A DNA stretch of 64,000 nt from the NCBI GenBank assembly GCA_964472265.1, contig CAYYJO010000002.1:2002-66001 (forward strand), written 5' to 3'. Positions 38,812 through 47,324 of this stretch are shown piece by piece. This DNA is from an uncultured Caldisericales bacterium (GTDB lineage: Bacteria > Caldisericota > Caldisericia > JAAYUI01). The notes under the pieces are model-generated. The model searched no databases and was not told where the DNA came from. It saw only the letters and a list, made by a program, of their open reading frames with translations. Position numbers and translations under genes: made by a program. Each line of letters opens with the position of its first letter. The first letter of the stretch is position 1.

Positions 38812-40842
38812 CTATATCGCAATTTCGACAAAATCGGCCACTCTCCTGATTGTGGAGAGGAGCCATGAAAGGAAATTTTTTCTGTTGGTGCGTATCTTTT
38901 CGTCATCCGCATTGACCATGACCGAGTTGAAGTAGCTTTCTGCTGGATCGGTCAGGCTTGAGATGATTTCTAGCTCGTCTTTGGATGTTTTTGCTGACTT
39001 GAGTTTTTCGGCAGCAGATTTCGCTTCTGAGGCAAATGTTTTCTCAATTTCCTCGACAAAGAGTTCGTCTTTGAAATCTGATGTTTTCCAGTCTTTGAGA
39101 ATGTTGTTGAGACGCTTCGTTGTTGCAACGATACCGGCAAATTTAGGATCAGAGTATTTTTCCTGGATTGCCTGGATGCGTTCCTGAATAACCTTTACGT
39201 CAGAAAGTCCGCGCGAGAGAGAGGCTCTGATTGCATCGTACCTGAAGCCTTTGGATTTGAGAAGGTTTTCGAGCCTTGCCTTGAGGAAATCCAGACCTTC
39301 CTCGACTGCCTTCGGATTTCTCTTGAACGAGACTGATTCGCAGGTTTCGAGAAGCTTTGTCAGGTCTGTCGAAATTTCGCCTTCGAGCAGAATTCTGAGC
39401 AGGCCAAAAGCAAAACGCCTGACTCCAAGGGGATCAGCCGATGACTTGGGGAGGTTGCCCGATGAAACAAGGTTCATGAATGAGTCGGCTTTATCGATTA
39501 AAGATACCGCCTGACCAAGCTTTGTTGTTGGGATTTCGTCTGATTCGCCTGCTGGCCTGTACTGCTGGGCAATTGCACCCGCAACCTCTGCATTTTCACC
39601 ATCGAGGCTAGCGTAAAGGCCACCAATTTGACCCTGGAGATCGTCATGCTCCCTTACAACAGAGGTGGCAAGGTCGGCTTTTGAAAGCTCAAGCGCTCGA
39701 ATAAGGGATTTTTTGTCCGCATCAAGGTTTGATTCTTCAGCAATTTTGACCATTCTCGCGGTTTTGTCAGCGAGTGTTCCAAGGTTTTTCATGAAGGCAA
39801 TGCCAGAAAGCCTTGCTGCAAAATCTGTTAGCTTGTGCTTCCTGTCTTCTGCAAAGAAGAACTTTGCATCGGAAAGCCTGCCCATCAAGACTTTTAGCTC
39901 ACCCGCCATTGCAAGCGCAACCACATCCTGGGTTCCGTTGACGACTAGCCCAAACCTGTTTGAGAGCTTGCCATCCTTTTCAAAAGGTATGAAACGAAGG
40001 TCAGAGACCAAGACCGATCTTAAAACCAGGTCTGGCGTTGAATCAATGTACTCCTGAGGAAACTCGCCGGTAACCACAAGCGGTCTTTCAACAATTCCTG
40101 CAAGCTCTTCCAGGAGTGAGTCGATTTTCACGGCCTTTAATCCGATTGAATCGGCTTGTGAAATTGCCTGACTGAAGATGTAATCTTTTCTTTCGTCGTA
40201 GTTGCCGGTTACGCCAATTTTTTTCAGTGTTTCGAGATATTCTTGTGCAGACTTTATTTCAACAGCTTCGGTTTTTTTTGATCTTGGGGTTCTTGTGAAC
40301 CGGTCAGCTTTTGCCGATGCGATTTGGCAATCGACAACCTTGTCATCGAGAAGGGCGACAATCCATCGGATCGGTCTGACCCAAGCAATGCCCGTTTCGT
40401 CCCATCTCATCGAGTGCGGGTGAGGAAACGAGAGGACGATTTTGGGCAAGTCGCTTGCCATGATGTCTGAAAGTTTTTTCCCTTCAATCTTGACAATGGC
40501 ACTTGCGTATTCAGTACCACCAATATTTGAGAACTGTACTTCCTCGGGTTTGATGTTTACCTTTTGGGCGAAACCGAGCAGGGCTTTTGTTGGCTGTCCG
40601 TCCTGAAAGCAAAGGTTTTTTGGTGGGCCTTTTTCCTGTTTTTCTGATGAAGGGCCTTCGGTTTCGATTAATTCGAAATACAAACCGAGTCTTCTTGGAG
40701 TGGCCACCGTTTTTGGCTCATCAAACTTTATGCCTGAATCTGACAAAGCTTTGCAAAATCCTAACTTCAAATGATCAATAGCCGGCAGGATCAACCTTGC
40801 CGGCATTTCTTCACAGCCAATCTCGATTGCAAGCTTATTCAT
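38812..40842 (-). CDS. glyS: Glycine--tRNA ligase beta subunit
   Basis: 676 aa, follows glyQ with an 8-nt overlap. GlyS-type N-terminus 'MNKLAIEIGCEEMPARL'. Confidence 0.85.
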   Translation of the reverse strand: MNKLAIEIGCEEMPARLILPAIDHLKLGFCKALSDSGIKFDEPKTVATPRRLGLYFELIETEGPSSEKQEKGPPKNLCFQDGQPTKALLGFAQKVNIKPEEVQFSNIGGTEYASAIVKIEGKKLSDIMASDLPKIVLSFPHPHSMRWDETGIAWVRPIRWIVALLDDKVVDCQIASAKADRFTRTPRSKKTEAVEIKSAQEYLETLKKIGVTGNYDERKDYIFSQAISQADSIGLKAVKIDSLLEELAGIVERPLVVTGEFPQEYIDSTPDLVLRSVLVSDLRFIPFEKDGKLSNRFGLVVNGTQDVVALAMAGELKVLMGRLSDAKFFFAEDRKHKLTDFAARLSGIAFMKNLGTLADKTARMVKIAEESNLDADKKSLIRALELSKADLATSVVREHDDLQGQIGGLYASLDGENAEVAGAIAQQYRPAGESDEIPTTKLGQAVSLIDKADSFMNLVSSGNLPKSSADPLGVRRFAFGLLRILLEGEISTDLTKLLETCESVSFKRNPKAVEEGLDFLKARLENLLKSKGFRYDAIRASLSRGLSDVKVIQERIQAIQEKYSDPKFAGIVATTKRLNNILKDWKTSDFKDELFVEEIEKTFASEAKSAAEKLKSAKTSKDELEIISSLTDPAESYFNSVMVNADDEKIRTNRKNFLSWLLSTIRRVADFVEIAI

Positions 40843-41680
40843 ACTGTACTTCCTGGTACACTGCAGCGCACTTCCTTGTAAGGTCGCGCACTCTTGCTAT
40901 CATGCCAGCCCTTTCCGACACTGACAAGGCTCCCCTTGCGTCCAGAAGGTTAAATTCATGTGAGCACTTCAAGGCGTACTCGTATGCCGGAATGGCAAGT
41001 TTTACCTCTATTGCTCGATTGCTTTCCTTTTCATAGTCGTCCATCATGCGTTTGAGAACGCTAATATCGGCAAACTCGAAACCCCACTTGCAAAGTTCAT
41101 ATTCTGCTCGTTTTCTGAGGTCTCCGTATGTGTTTTCAGGATTCCATTTGAGATTGAAGCCGTTTTCAATGCCTTCAGAGTACATGCAAAGGCGCTCGAT
41201 TCCAAAGGTGAGTTCAACCGATGGCGGATTCAACGTCACTCCGCCGCACTGCTGGAAGTATGTGAACTGGCTGACTTCCTGACCATCCATCCAGACTTCC
41301 CAGCCAACACCGGCAGCGCCGAGGGTCGGGCTTTCCCAGTTGTCCTCAATGAAGCGCATGTCGTGCTTTTCATAATCAATACCAAGCACCTTGAGACCTT
41401 CAAGATAGATGTCCTGAATGTTGGCAGGAGCAGGCTTCATTATCACCTGAAACTGGTAATGGATGTAGTACCTGTAAGGGCTGTCACCATAACGTCCGTC
41501 TGCCGGCCTCCTTGAAGGCTGGACATAGGCAGCTTTCCATGGCTTTGGGCCAAGAACTGCGAAAAAAGTGTAAGGGTGCATGGTTCCAGCGCCAACTTCC
41601 ATGTCCAGTGGTTCACCGATGAGGCACCCCTGTTTCCTGAAATAGTCCTTGAGTGAAAAAATTGCGTCCTGAATCGTCAT
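40835..41680 (-). CDS. glyQ: Glycine--tRNA ligase alpha subunit
   Basis: 281 aa with a 'MTIQDAIFSLKDYFRKQGCLIGEPLD' start, a highly conserved GlyQ type. Confidence 0.9.
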   Translation of the reverse strand: MTIQDAIFSLKDYFRKQGCLIGEPLDMEVGAGTMHPYTFFAVLGPKPWKAAYVQPSRRPADGRYGDSPYRYYIHYQFQVIMKPAPANIQDIYLEGLKVLGIDYEKHDMRFIEDNWESPTLGAAGVGWEVWMDGQEVSQFTYFQQCGGVTLNPPSVELTFGIERLCMYSEGIENGFNLKWNPENTYGDLRKRAEYELCKWGFEFADISVLKRMMDDYEKESNRAIEVKLAIPAYEYALKCSHEFNLLDARGALSVSERAGMIARVRDLTRKCAAVYQEVQYE

Positions 41681-42066
41681 TTCATAAATTCCTTGATAAT
41701 GTCCTTTACACCGATTATGCCTACAAGAATCCCGTCTTTTGTAACTGGAATCTGTTTGATGTTTGTTGCTGCAAAGATTGCCTGAGCCTGAGACAAGAGA
41801 GATTCTGGTGTGAGCGAGATTGGGTTCTTTGTCATCACCTCGATGACCTTAAGCTGGAGAATGTCTGAAGGATCGTGCTCAGGATTGAAAAAGTCAGTTT
41901 TTTTTATTATGTCGTTTTCTGTAATTATTCCAACAACACGATGATCCTTGTCGACGACAGGCAGACCGTTTATTCTACGTTTTATCATAAGGTCGGCAGC
42001 CTGGGACAGCGTTGCTTCCCTGTAGACAAAAATCACTTCATCGTTCATCGCTTCAACGATTTTCAT
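41677..42066 (-). CDS. CBS-domain pair protein
   Basis: 129 aa with two CBS motifs ('GLPVVDKDHRVVGIITENDI', 'IPVTKDGILVGIIGVKDI'). Confidence 0.7.
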   Translation of the reverse strand: MKIVEAMNDEVIFVYREATLSQAADLMIKRRINGLPVVDKDHRVVGIITENDIIKKTDFFNPEHDPSDILQLKVIEVMTKNPISLTPESLLSQAQAIFAATNIKQIPVTKDGILVGIIGVKDIIKEFMK

Positions 42067-43412
42067 CCGACCTCCTTTTTAATGCTGGCAAAACCGGCGC
42101 AGATTCCGCAGGTTATCCAGAACGTGATGTTGAGCGGAGTAATGTCCCACAGGTTTTCAAACATCAGGTGCACCATGAATGCAACCATTCCACCAATCAG
42201 TCCGGCGATGAGGAACCGATCCTGCTCCAGGGCAGCTTTCAAGCCCTTGAAGGCCTCCCTGATTGAAGAAAGGAGAATGAAGGCAAACGAAACGATGCCC
42301 ACAAACCCGTAGTTGGACAGAATCAAAAGATAGTTGTTGTCAACATAAAGTCCACCAAATGCCTGGATGCCGTATGCAACAGCACCGCCAAAACCACCGG
42401 CGCCAATGCCAAAGACAGGGAATCTGGAGAAGATGTTCAAGGCTGTGCCCCACCTGAATGAACGGCCATAGATCGAATCTCTCCAGGCATAATCCTCAGA
42501 GAATATCGATTCAAAGCGCATCCTTAAATCAGGCAGAATAAGAATTGCAGCGGCGACCGCGCCCATGAGCACGACAATCCACCACCGCCTTGCAGACGAA
42601 ACAGCAAAGACGATCAGTCCAAGAGAAAGTCCGACCCATGCTGCACGGTTCAGGGTTGCATAGAGTCCGTAGGCAATAATGAGAAAGCAGATGCCCCAGA
42701 AAATCTTTTTCCAGGCATTGCCGACCTTGAATGTCATGCCAATTGATGCCGGCAAAATCAATGCCAGCAAACCGGCTGTTGCGTTTGGACTGCCAAGGAA
42801 GCTCGTCGCTCTTGTAAAATTTACGTCCGAAGCAGCATCAAGCCAGCCACGGGGAGTGAATACACCGGCTGAACGCTGGATTACAGCGTATCCGGCTACA
42901 ACGGTTGCACAGATGATGAGCATCGACGCAAGATGAGTGAGAGTTTTTCTGTCGAAACCGGCGTTGATGATAACAAAGAAAATTATCGCACCCTGAAGGA
43001 CTGACCTTATGGCCGTGATTATGTGGCCATAGGGGAGGTTTGCTAGCAGACCCGAAATGCAGGCGATCACGAAGAAAGTGATTGCAGCCCACCAAACGAG
43101 GGTTACCCTGAAGTCGTCACGCTTTTCCCTCGCCAACTTCCAGATGAGCGCCACAACGATCAAAGCGTACAAGGCATCGTCCCAGAGCGAGCCGATTGCT
43201 CCCTGAGACCTTAGGAGACCGTCAATGACCGAGGCGTAACAGAGAATGCCGACGCCTACCTCAATCTTCGAAAAAACAACGATAATGAGCGTGATGACGC
43301 CAACCAGCGCAGCAATCCAGAGGGTTTTGGCAAACACAGCCAGAACCGCAAGAATGATGCCGGTTACAACCAACACAAGCGTCATGAAGGTCTTATTGGT
43401 CGAGTTCATCAA
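42063..43412 (-). CDS. O-antigen ligase (Wzy_C) family polytopic membrane protein
   Basis: ~12 TM segments and the Wzy_C-like loop motif 'VDNNYLLILSNYGFVGIV'. Confidence 0.65.
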   Translation of the reverse strand: MMNSTNKTFMTLVLVVTGIILAVLAVFAKTLWIAALVGVITLIIVVFSKIEVGVGILCYASVIDGLLRSQGAIGSLWDDALYALIVVALIWKLAREKRDDFRVTLVWWAAITFFVIACISGLLANLPYGHIITAIRSVLQGAIIFFVIINAGFDRKTLTHLASMLIICATVVAGYAVIQRSAGVFTPRGWLDAASDVNFTRATSFLGSPNATAGLLALILPASIGMTFKVGNAWKKIFWGICFLIIAYGLYATLNRAAWVGLSLGLIVFAVSSARRWWIVVLMGAVAAAILILPDLRMRFESIFSEDYAWRDSIYGRSFRWGTALNIFSRFPVFGIGAGGFGGAVAYGIQAFGGLYVDNNYLLILSNYGFVGIVSFAFILLSSIREAFKGLKAALEQDRFLIAGLIGGMVAFMVHLMFENLWDITPLNITFWITCGICAGFASIKKEVG

Positions 43413-43932
43413 ACACCTTCAGCAGTCTGCTGGTTTTAATCAGCTCAGTCAGTTTAACGCTAGTCAGAACAAGAAGGATTGAGAGCAAAAACCCCACAAT
43501 CGAGAAGACAAGAATGAAGTTGGAGCTGCCGGCGAAAAGATTTCTCAGGGTTCCGTAGAACGGGAAGAAAGCGCAACCGATCCAGCCGATGCCTCCAAGG
43601 AAGTTGTCTTCGAAGTAATGTTTTATCGCCAGCCCGGTTTTTGTAATGAAAGAGGATTTTAATGCTTCGCTTTCAACAAAATTTTTCCTCACAAAACCGA
43701 GAAACGATGACCAGCACTTTTGGATTTCAACAGCAAAATAGCTTGGTTTTTGGGTCAGCCTCTTGCTGAAAGGTTCGTCGCCTGTCAGCCACGCAACAAA
43801 AACAGAACCTGAGACCACCCTGTCCCAGAAACGCAAAAATACGTCGACAGCCTTCCTGGTTTTGGAGTTATGCCAGGAGGCGCCGAACCTTGAGAAAAAA
43901 TCAAGGATTTTGCTTGACTGGAGCAGGTTCAT
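43393..43932 (-). CDS. Hypothetical membrane-associated protein
   Basis: 179 aa with a C-terminal hydrophobic segment and no recognised motif. Translationally coupled between the LCP and O-antigen-ligase genes. Confidence 0.4.
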   Translation of the reverse strand: MNLLQSSKILDFFSRFGASWHNSKTRKAVDVFLRFWDRVVSGSVFVAWLTGDEPFSKRLTQKPSYFAVEIQKCWSSFLGFVRKNFVESEALKSSFITKTGLAIKHYFEDNFLGGIGWIGCAFFPFYGTLRNLFAGSSNFILVFSIVGFLLSILLVLTSVKLTELIKTSRLLKVFDELDQ

Positions 43933-44929
43933 CTATCAGGAACTCCTTGCTTTGGGCTTTGATTTTGTCCAGATACGGAATCATGACACTAAGATTGAAG
44001 TTAGGGTCGTCGGTGGGCATTGAACCATCTTCGCCCCACCAGGTCAGAACTACAAGATTCTGGTTTGTTGTGCCTTTCATTATGTCCTGGAACTTGAGCA
44101 ACAATCTGATGCCACTTTGAACATTCAGGTTCGTTTCCACGTTTCTCTGGATGATTTTGATTATCTGGCCAAATTTTCCAAGATTCTTAAACTGAAGCAG
44201 CTCTTTCATGATGGCCTGTATGAATTTTGCCTGTCTGGCAACGCGTCCTGCCGGCTTACCTTCAAGGTCAATCTGCCAATCAGCATCGGTTTGCTCTGGA
44301 TGGGTGTCTGATTTACGGAACCTGACGTACTCAAGAGCTTTCTGGCCATTGAGATGCTGGAAACCTTTTTTCAGATGGATGTGGTTCCCGTCAATGTCGT
44401 CATAGTCCATGTCCTTGTCAACATCGATGTCCACTCCTCCAAGCACATCAACAATCTCGGCAAAACCCCTGAAATTGGTTTTCATGTAGCAGTGGATTTT
44501 CACATCAGTGAGCCATTCGATTGTTTCAATCAGCCTTTGTGTGCCACAGTCGGAACAGAAGTCTGGATTGTTTATGGCGTTGATTTTTGTTGCATAACCA
44601 AGCCATGGTGGCGTTATCCATGTGTCTCTGGCAATCGAGAGCAGATAAACCTTTTTGTTTACGGGGTTGAACGAGATGATCATCATGGTGTCTGATCTGG
44701 CATGGTCGGCTAGATATGGGGCATCGACACCGATGAGAAGCATGTTTATACGTTTGGAAAAATCAAGCTCTTCTCCTTTTACATTTGATCCTGCAAATTT
44801 CATGTTGTAAACGGAGGAAACGATCGAATAGACAAAATTTGCGGCAAGAAAGCCTGCAACCATAATGACTGCAAGAATGATCAGGATGGCTATTCTGGCT
44901 GCCCCGCCTGACCGTCTCTTCGGTCTCAC
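43901..44929 (-). CDS. LytR-CpsA-Psr (LCP) family glycopolymer phosphotransferase
   Basis: N-terminal TM anchor followed by the LCP core ('RSDTMMIISFNPVNKKVYLLSIARDTWI'). Confidence 0.75.
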   Translation of the reverse strand: MRPKRRSGGAARIAILIILAVIMVAGFLAANFVYSIVSSVYNMKFAGSNVKGEELDFSKRINMLLIGVDAPYLADHARSDTMMIISFNPVNKKVYLLSIARDTWITPPWLGYATKINAINNPDFCSDCGTQRLIETIEWLTDVKIHCYMKTNFRGFAEIVDVLGGVDIDVDKDMDYDDIDGNHIHLKKGFQHLNGQKALEYVRFRKSDTHPEQTDADWQIDLEGKPAGRVARQAKFIQAIMKELLQFKNLGKFGQIIKIIQRNVETNLNVQSGIRLLLKFQDIMKGTTNQNLVVLTWWGEDGSMPTDDPNFNLSVMIPYLDKIKAQSKEFLIDEPAPVKQNP

Positions 44930-46476
44930 GAGACCCCCTTGTGACGTAAAACTGCTACTATCTCGTTAAGCTCATTGCGGTCGATAATCCACATTATCAC
45001 AAGATAAACCACGATACCAAGAACGATTGAAAACCCTACCTGGACTATCCTTCCGAGGTTGGAGGCACTGTCAACAAGCCTGAGAAGCCTTTGCGATGTG
45101 AAGTAGGCGACGAAGCCCATGATAATCGAGGCAATTGTAGATTTCAGTATTGATATCAGCAAGCTTGTAATGCCAAAACCGCCAATCTTTTTCCTGATGA
45201 CGAAAATCATTAGCGACATTGAAACGAAAGCTGCGGCAGCAGCGCCGACTGCCAATCCAGGAAGTTTGAACCTTACAAGATAAATGTCAAATACTGCCAA
45301 AAGCCCGACGTGGACAAGTGGGATCCACACAGGCGTTTTTGTGTCGCCAAGTGAATAAAAAACTTTCACCAGCAGCGTTTCAAACGCCCACGGGAGCATG
45401 GCTATACTGTAGAAGGCGAGCGGCGCCACCGTCCTTATCGTGTCGAGCATCTGGAATTCACCGCGCTGGAACAGAAGGATGATGATGGGTTCAGCGAGTA
45501 CAAGCATTCCGATTGATGCCGGAATGAGTATGAAACTGAACAGTCTCAATGACCACAAAATATTGTATTTCAAAGCCTCAGGCCGGTTTTTTGCAACAGA
45601 TTCAGCAAACAACTGGAAGACGACGGAGGATATTGCCAAAACAAAGATTGACAGGGGTAACTGGCTCACCTGCCAAGCGTTGTCGATTGCAGCCAGCGAT
45701 CCTTGACCAGTGCCGGATGCGAACCATCTTTCAATGAACGGTGCGATATAGTTGATGCCTGATCCAAGGAGAACCGGTATCGCAAGGCTTCCGATTCCGA
45801 GAAGCTCCGGGTTTCGAAGTTCAAAGTTGATCTGGAGCTTGACGCCTTTTACAAACAGGTTCGGAATCATAAGCAGAAGCTGGAGGAGAGCGCCGATTGT
45901 GATGCCCCAGGCGATTGAGTAAATTGATGGAACGGTGAGGATGAAAACGACCGGTGTTGCAGTGAAGACAAGGTTTCCGATTGCCGGGCTGGTAAATCTC
46001 TGGAACGACTGGTGAACGCCGGCAATGAGGGCTGACCATGCCATAAGCATCAATGATGGGAGCATGATGTAGAACATCTTTACCGATTCACCAAGGGTTT
46101 GGGTGTCGGTCACAGAATACTGGCTGAGAACTCTTCCGAGAATTGGTCCGGCAAAGAAGTAGCAAAGAATGATTATTACGCCAAAAATGGCTGTGACGAC
46201 AACGAAAAGGACGCCAATTAGTTTGTTGAGGTCTTCTTTCCTCTGTTCAACAATATACCTTGTGATTATGGGAATGAAGACAGCCGACAAAACCTGGCCG
46301 ACAAGGAACAGGGCGAGTGTGAGTGGAATTTTCGACGCAAGCTTGTATGCGTCGTTGAGCATGCCCTGGCCCACCGACTTGTTGATGACCATTTCCCGGA
46401 CAAATCCGAAAACCCTGGCGATAGCCAGGATTATGGTCACCATGCCGATGTCGCGAAGGACCTTTTTTGTGCTCAT
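44926..46476 (-). CDS. murJ: Lipid II flippase MurJ/MviN family
   Basis: 516 aa, 14-TM MOP-superfamily architecture, 'VLRDIGMVTIILAIARVFGFVREMV' N-terminus. Confidence 0.8.
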   Translation of the reverse strand: MSTKKVLRDIGMVTIILAIARVFGFVREMVINKSVGQGMLNDAYKLASKIPLTLALFLVGQVLSAVFIPIITRYIVEQRKEDLNKLIGVLFVVVTAIFGVIIILCYFFAGPILGRVLSQYSVTDTQTLGESVKMFYIMLPSLMLMAWSALIAGVHQSFQRFTSPAIGNLVFTATPVVFILTVPSIYSIAWGITIGALLQLLLMIPNLFVKGVKLQINFELRNPELLGIGSLAIPVLLGSGINYIAPFIERWFASGTGQGSLAAIDNAWQVSQLPLSIFVLAISSVVFQLFAESVAKNRPEALKYNILWSLRLFSFILIPASIGMLVLAEPIIILLFQRGEFQMLDTIRTVAPLAFYSIAMLPWAFETLLVKVFYSLGDTKTPVWIPLVHVGLLAVFDIYLVRFKLPGLAVGAAAAAFVSMSLMIFVIRKKIGGFGITSLLISILKSTIASIIMGFVAYFTSQRLLRLVDSASNLGRIVQVGFSIVLGIVVYLVIMWIIDRNELNEIVAVLRHKGVS

Positions 46477-47324
46477 CTGGCCACCTTTTTGATGGATACG
46501 CAGAGGGCTTTCATGTGTGATCCGCCGACACCCTCACCGTCTTCGATGGTTCCGCAGAATTCGACAAGATCACCTATCTTTGGTTGAGTCTGAATCTCAA
46601 TTTTCTCTGGGGTTGCTGGATTGGTTGGTGTTTTTGGCGCCTCGGCTGTGGTCTTTTCCTCAGCAAGGTTTTCGAGAGCAGCCTTTTCCTGGTCATAGGG
46701 CATAGCTGCAACCCATATTTTGCCATCGCCATCCTTGCCATAGAACTTGCCAAGATTGGGGATCACGTCAACAACTGTAAGATTCACACACTCGGGAATT
46801 TTCGCTTCAGAGATCGAGGTTGCCTTGCCTTCTGCAGTTTTTACCGAAGTGTATCTGATAGTTTTGAAGGTGCCTTCAGTTGCAAACTCATACTCAAGTC
46901 TTGAGCCGATTAGTAGGTTGTTTGTGTTGTACTTGATTCTCTGGCCGACAGGAGTATTGACCAAAACGGTGATGACAAGGTCTTTGAGTTTTGGCTGGAT
47001 TGTGGTTTCAATTTTGCCCTCACGGTTTTGAACGAAAACTTCCGAGTCCACAAGATATGGCCTTGGTTCGATGACAGTTCCTATAACCGCCCCAGAACGC
47101 TCGATGAGATCGTCACCGATTCTGATGGCATCGACCATTTCGGGATGGACATCCTCAGCTCGTAAAACCACCACATATTTTTCATAGTCGGTGTGGATGA
47201 AGTATCTGCTCAAAACCTTGTAACCACCAAAGGCAAGTCCGGCAATGAGAACGATAATGACCAGAAGATCGATGATATTGAGTTTTCCAAACAGTTTGCC
47301 CTTTTCATCAAGTATAACCATCAC
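46473..47324 (-). CDS. Hypothetical membrane-anchored protein (possibly DUF4330-like)
   Basis: 'KGKLFGKLNIIDLLVIIVLIAGLAFGGY' N-terminal anchor. Family assignment is from memory only. Confidence 0.45.
   Translation of the reverse strand: MMVILDEKGKLFGKLNIIDLLVIIVLIAGLAFGGYKVLSRYFIHTDYEKYVVVLRAEDVHPEMVDAIRIGDDLIERSGAVIGTVIEPRPYLVDSEVFVQNREGKIETTIQPKLKDLVITVLVNTPVGQRIKYNTNNLLIGSRLEYEFATEGTFKTIRYTSVKTAEGKATSISEAKIPECVNLTVVDVIPNLGKFYGKDGDGKIWVAAMPYDQEKAALENLAEEKTTAEAPKTPTNPATPEKIEIQTQPKIGDLVEFCGTIEDGEGVGGSHMKALCVSIKKVAR

Noticed and set aside
36069-38866. Naming the oxidoreductase specifically as pyruvate (porABDG) or 2-oxoglutarate (korABCD) type.
   Set aside because: Subunit order and motifs are shared by POR, KOR and VOR. 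Without phylogeny the substrate cannot be assigned, so generic names are used.
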